Source: an uncultured Pelagibacteraceae bacterium (GTDB taxonomy: Bacteria > Pseudomonadota > Alphaproteobacteria > Pelagibacterales > Pelagibacteraceae). From it: a DNA stretch of 64,000 nucleotides. This document shows, piece after piece, positions 62,288 to 64,000 of the stretch (positions within the stretch are counted from its first letter, which is position 1; each line of letters begins with the position of its first letter). The stretch spans positions 5,352-69,351 of the forward strand of contig CAJQTC010000012.1 in the NCBI GenBank assembly GCA_905618885.1. The letters run 5' to 3'. The notes under the pieces are model-generated. The model was not told where the DNA came from, did no database searches, and worked only from the letters and a program-made list of their open reading frames with translations. Both the position numbers and the translations under genes were made by a program.

Positions 62288-63268
62288 TTAGACAATGGTA
62301 ACATTTACTGATGATTCTGGAAGATCTTCGCCAAAGCATCTTTGATAGTATTCAGAAATAATTTTTTTTTCCATGTCATCACACTTATTTAGAAAAGTTA
62401 ATCTGAAAGCATACCCATGATCATTGAATATTTTTGTATTCTCAGCCCAATGCAAAACTGTTCTTGGGCTCATAACTGTAGATATATCTCCATTTATAAA
62501 ACCTTTTCTTGTCAGGTCTGCAACTTTAATCATATTAGAGATTTTTTCTTTACCTTCTTTAGAGTTATAAGTTTTATTTTTTGCTAAAATTATTTCCAAT
62601 TCTTTTTCAAAAGGCAAATAGTTAAGAGTTGATACGATATTCCATCTATCCATCTGGCCTTGATTAATTTGTTGTGTTCCATGATAAAGACCAGTTGTAT
62701 CTCCAAGGCCTATCGTATTAGTCGTAGCGAACATTCGAAAATAATCATGTTGAGTAATAACTTTATTTTTATCAAGAAGTGTAAAGTTTCCTTCGCTTTC
62801 AAGCACCCTTTGAATAACAAACATAACATCTGGCCTACCTGCATCATATTCATCGAATACCAATGCAACTGGATTTTGTATCGACCAAGGTAAGATTCCT
62901 TCTTTGAACTCAGTAACTTGTTTTCCATCTTGTAAAACAATCGCATCTTTTCCGATAAGATCTATTCTACTAACATGACTATCTAAATTCACTCTTACGC
63001 ATGGCCAATTCAATCTTGCTGCAACTTGTTCAATGTGAGTAGATTTTCCTGTTCCATGATAGCCTTGAATCAAAACTCTTTTATTAAACGCAAATCCAGA
63101 AAGTATCGCTAAAGTTGTGTCTCTATCAAATTTATAATCTAGATCGATTTTAGGTACGAATTCATTTTTTTTAGAAAATGCATTTATCTCCATATCAGTA
63201 TCTATACCGAAAGTTTGCTTTACGGATATTTTAATATCTGGCTTTTTAATTGATGATAAATTTGTCAC
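62288..63268 (-). CDS. cobS: CobS-like AAA+ ATPase
   Basis: GYHGTGKSTH, FDEYDAGRPDV, YHGTQQINQGQMDRW, MSPRTV. Confidence 0.94.
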   Translation of the reverse strand: MTNLSSIKKPDIKISVKQTFGIDTDMEINAFSKKNEFVPKIDLDYKFDRDTTLAILSGFAFNKRVLIQGYHGTGKSTHIEQVAARLNWPCVRVNLDSHVSRIDLIGKDAIVLQDGKQVTEFKEGILPWSIQNPVALVFDEYDAGRPDVMFVIQRVLESEGNFTLLDKNKVITQHDYFRMFATTNTIGLGDTTGLYHGTQQINQGQMDRWNIVSTLNYLPFEKELEIILAKNKTYNSKEGKEKISNMIKVADLTRKGFINGDISTVMSPRTVLHWAENTKIFNDHGYAFRLTFLNKCDDMEKKIISEYYQRCFGEDLPESSVNVTIV

Positions 63269-63783
63269 TTTTTTTTCCCTATAGTAATTTTAAGTTGACT
63301 GTATGCCAGAGTAATTTTTTTTAATTTTTCTTCAAATTTTCTACTTCCTTGATTTTTATCAGGATGAAATTTCTTTACAAGAGTTTTAAATTGTTTTTGG
63401 ATTTCTTCCCATTTAGCGTCATATTTTAATTCCATAGCATCAAATGCGTCTCTATCTGTGTTGCTTAGTTGGGTTCTTTTATATTCATTAAAACTTTCAG
63501 ATTTAAAAATATTCAGCTTATCTTCTAGAGCATTGTTCCAAAGAATATTAAAAAAATTATCTGAAGAGCTAAAACTTTTAGTTGCTTTATGCCAAGTTAA
63601 ATCTGACTTAACAAAATATTCAACTTGTTGGTCAGTCATATCAGAAAAATAATTCCATTTTTTATTAAAAATTTTAATATGCTCCAAGCAAAGCAATCTA
63701 TACTTCTTGCTATTGTCTCTTTCTAGAGGAGCTCGATAGCTGCCAGTTTGATCGCAATTTTCCCAATCACAAATAATTTTCAT
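63265..63783 (-). CDS. J-domain protein with N-terminal Cys/His cluster
   Basis: CDWENC...G.YRAP...CLEH..WNYF, C-terminal HPD J domain. Confidence 0.88.
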   Translation of the reverse strand: MKIICDWENCDQTGSYRAPLERDNSKKYRLLCLEHIKIFNKKWNYFSDMTDQQVEYFVKSDLTWHKATKSFSSSDNFFNILWNNALEDKLNIFKSESFNEYKRTQLSNTDRDAFDAMELKYDAKWEEIQKQFKTLVKKFHPDKNQGSRKFEEKLKKITLAYSQLKITIGKKK

Positions 63784-63819
63784 ACAAAAAAATTTAGTTA
63801 TATAGTAAATTAAGATTAT

Positions 63820-64000
63820 ATGAATGATTTTTTAAGGCTTGTAGAAAATAAAATTAAAAAAAATATTAAAGTAGAAAAAATTTTAATAATCGATAACAGT
63901 AATAAACATAAAAAACACAGGTTTTTCAATTCTGAAAAATACCACTTAAAACTTGAAATCCATTCTGCTTATTTATGTTCATTGAGTAAAATTATGGCTC
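63820..64000 (+). CDS. bolA: BolA family protein (3' truncated by window)
   Basis: MNDFLRLVENKIKKNIKVEKILIIDNSNKHKKH...HLKLEIHS..L.SLSK; divergent from J-domain gene. Confidence 0.78.
   Translation, partial: MNDFLRLVENKIKKNIKVEKILIIDNSNKHKKHRFFNSEKYHLKLEIHSAYLCSLSKIMA

Overview
AT-rich, tightly packed alphaproteobacterial chromosome segment whose gene content and order point to Pelagibacterales (SAR11); this assignment is an inference. It is mostly housekeeping: atpC end, rppH, ctpA, rsfS, nadD, proAB, obgE, rpmA/rplU, gloB, metXW, hisC, tyrC, lysA, argH, coq7, fadD, carD/fdxA, aceEF, gltDB, thrS-infC-rpmI-rplT-pheST-lepA, ampG, trkH, class I lysS, pyrD and cobST, plus three tRNAs and a SAM-II riboswitch. 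No CRISPR array, rRNA or intact mobile element is visible. The unexplained structure sits in three places. (1) An islet between tRNA-Ser and a decayed tRNA-Ser copy carries two paralogous ~70-80 aa membrane proteins with structured leaders and a neighbouring hairpin whose loop is anti-Shine-Dalgarno-like. (2) A stand-alone transcription unit encodes a 20-aa ultra-basic peptide missed by the ORF track. (3) A ~1.4 kb insert bounded by a 147-bp direct repeat holds a PseH-like acetyltransferase and a serine-recombinase remnant. All calls are from motif recognition by eye; no searches were run.
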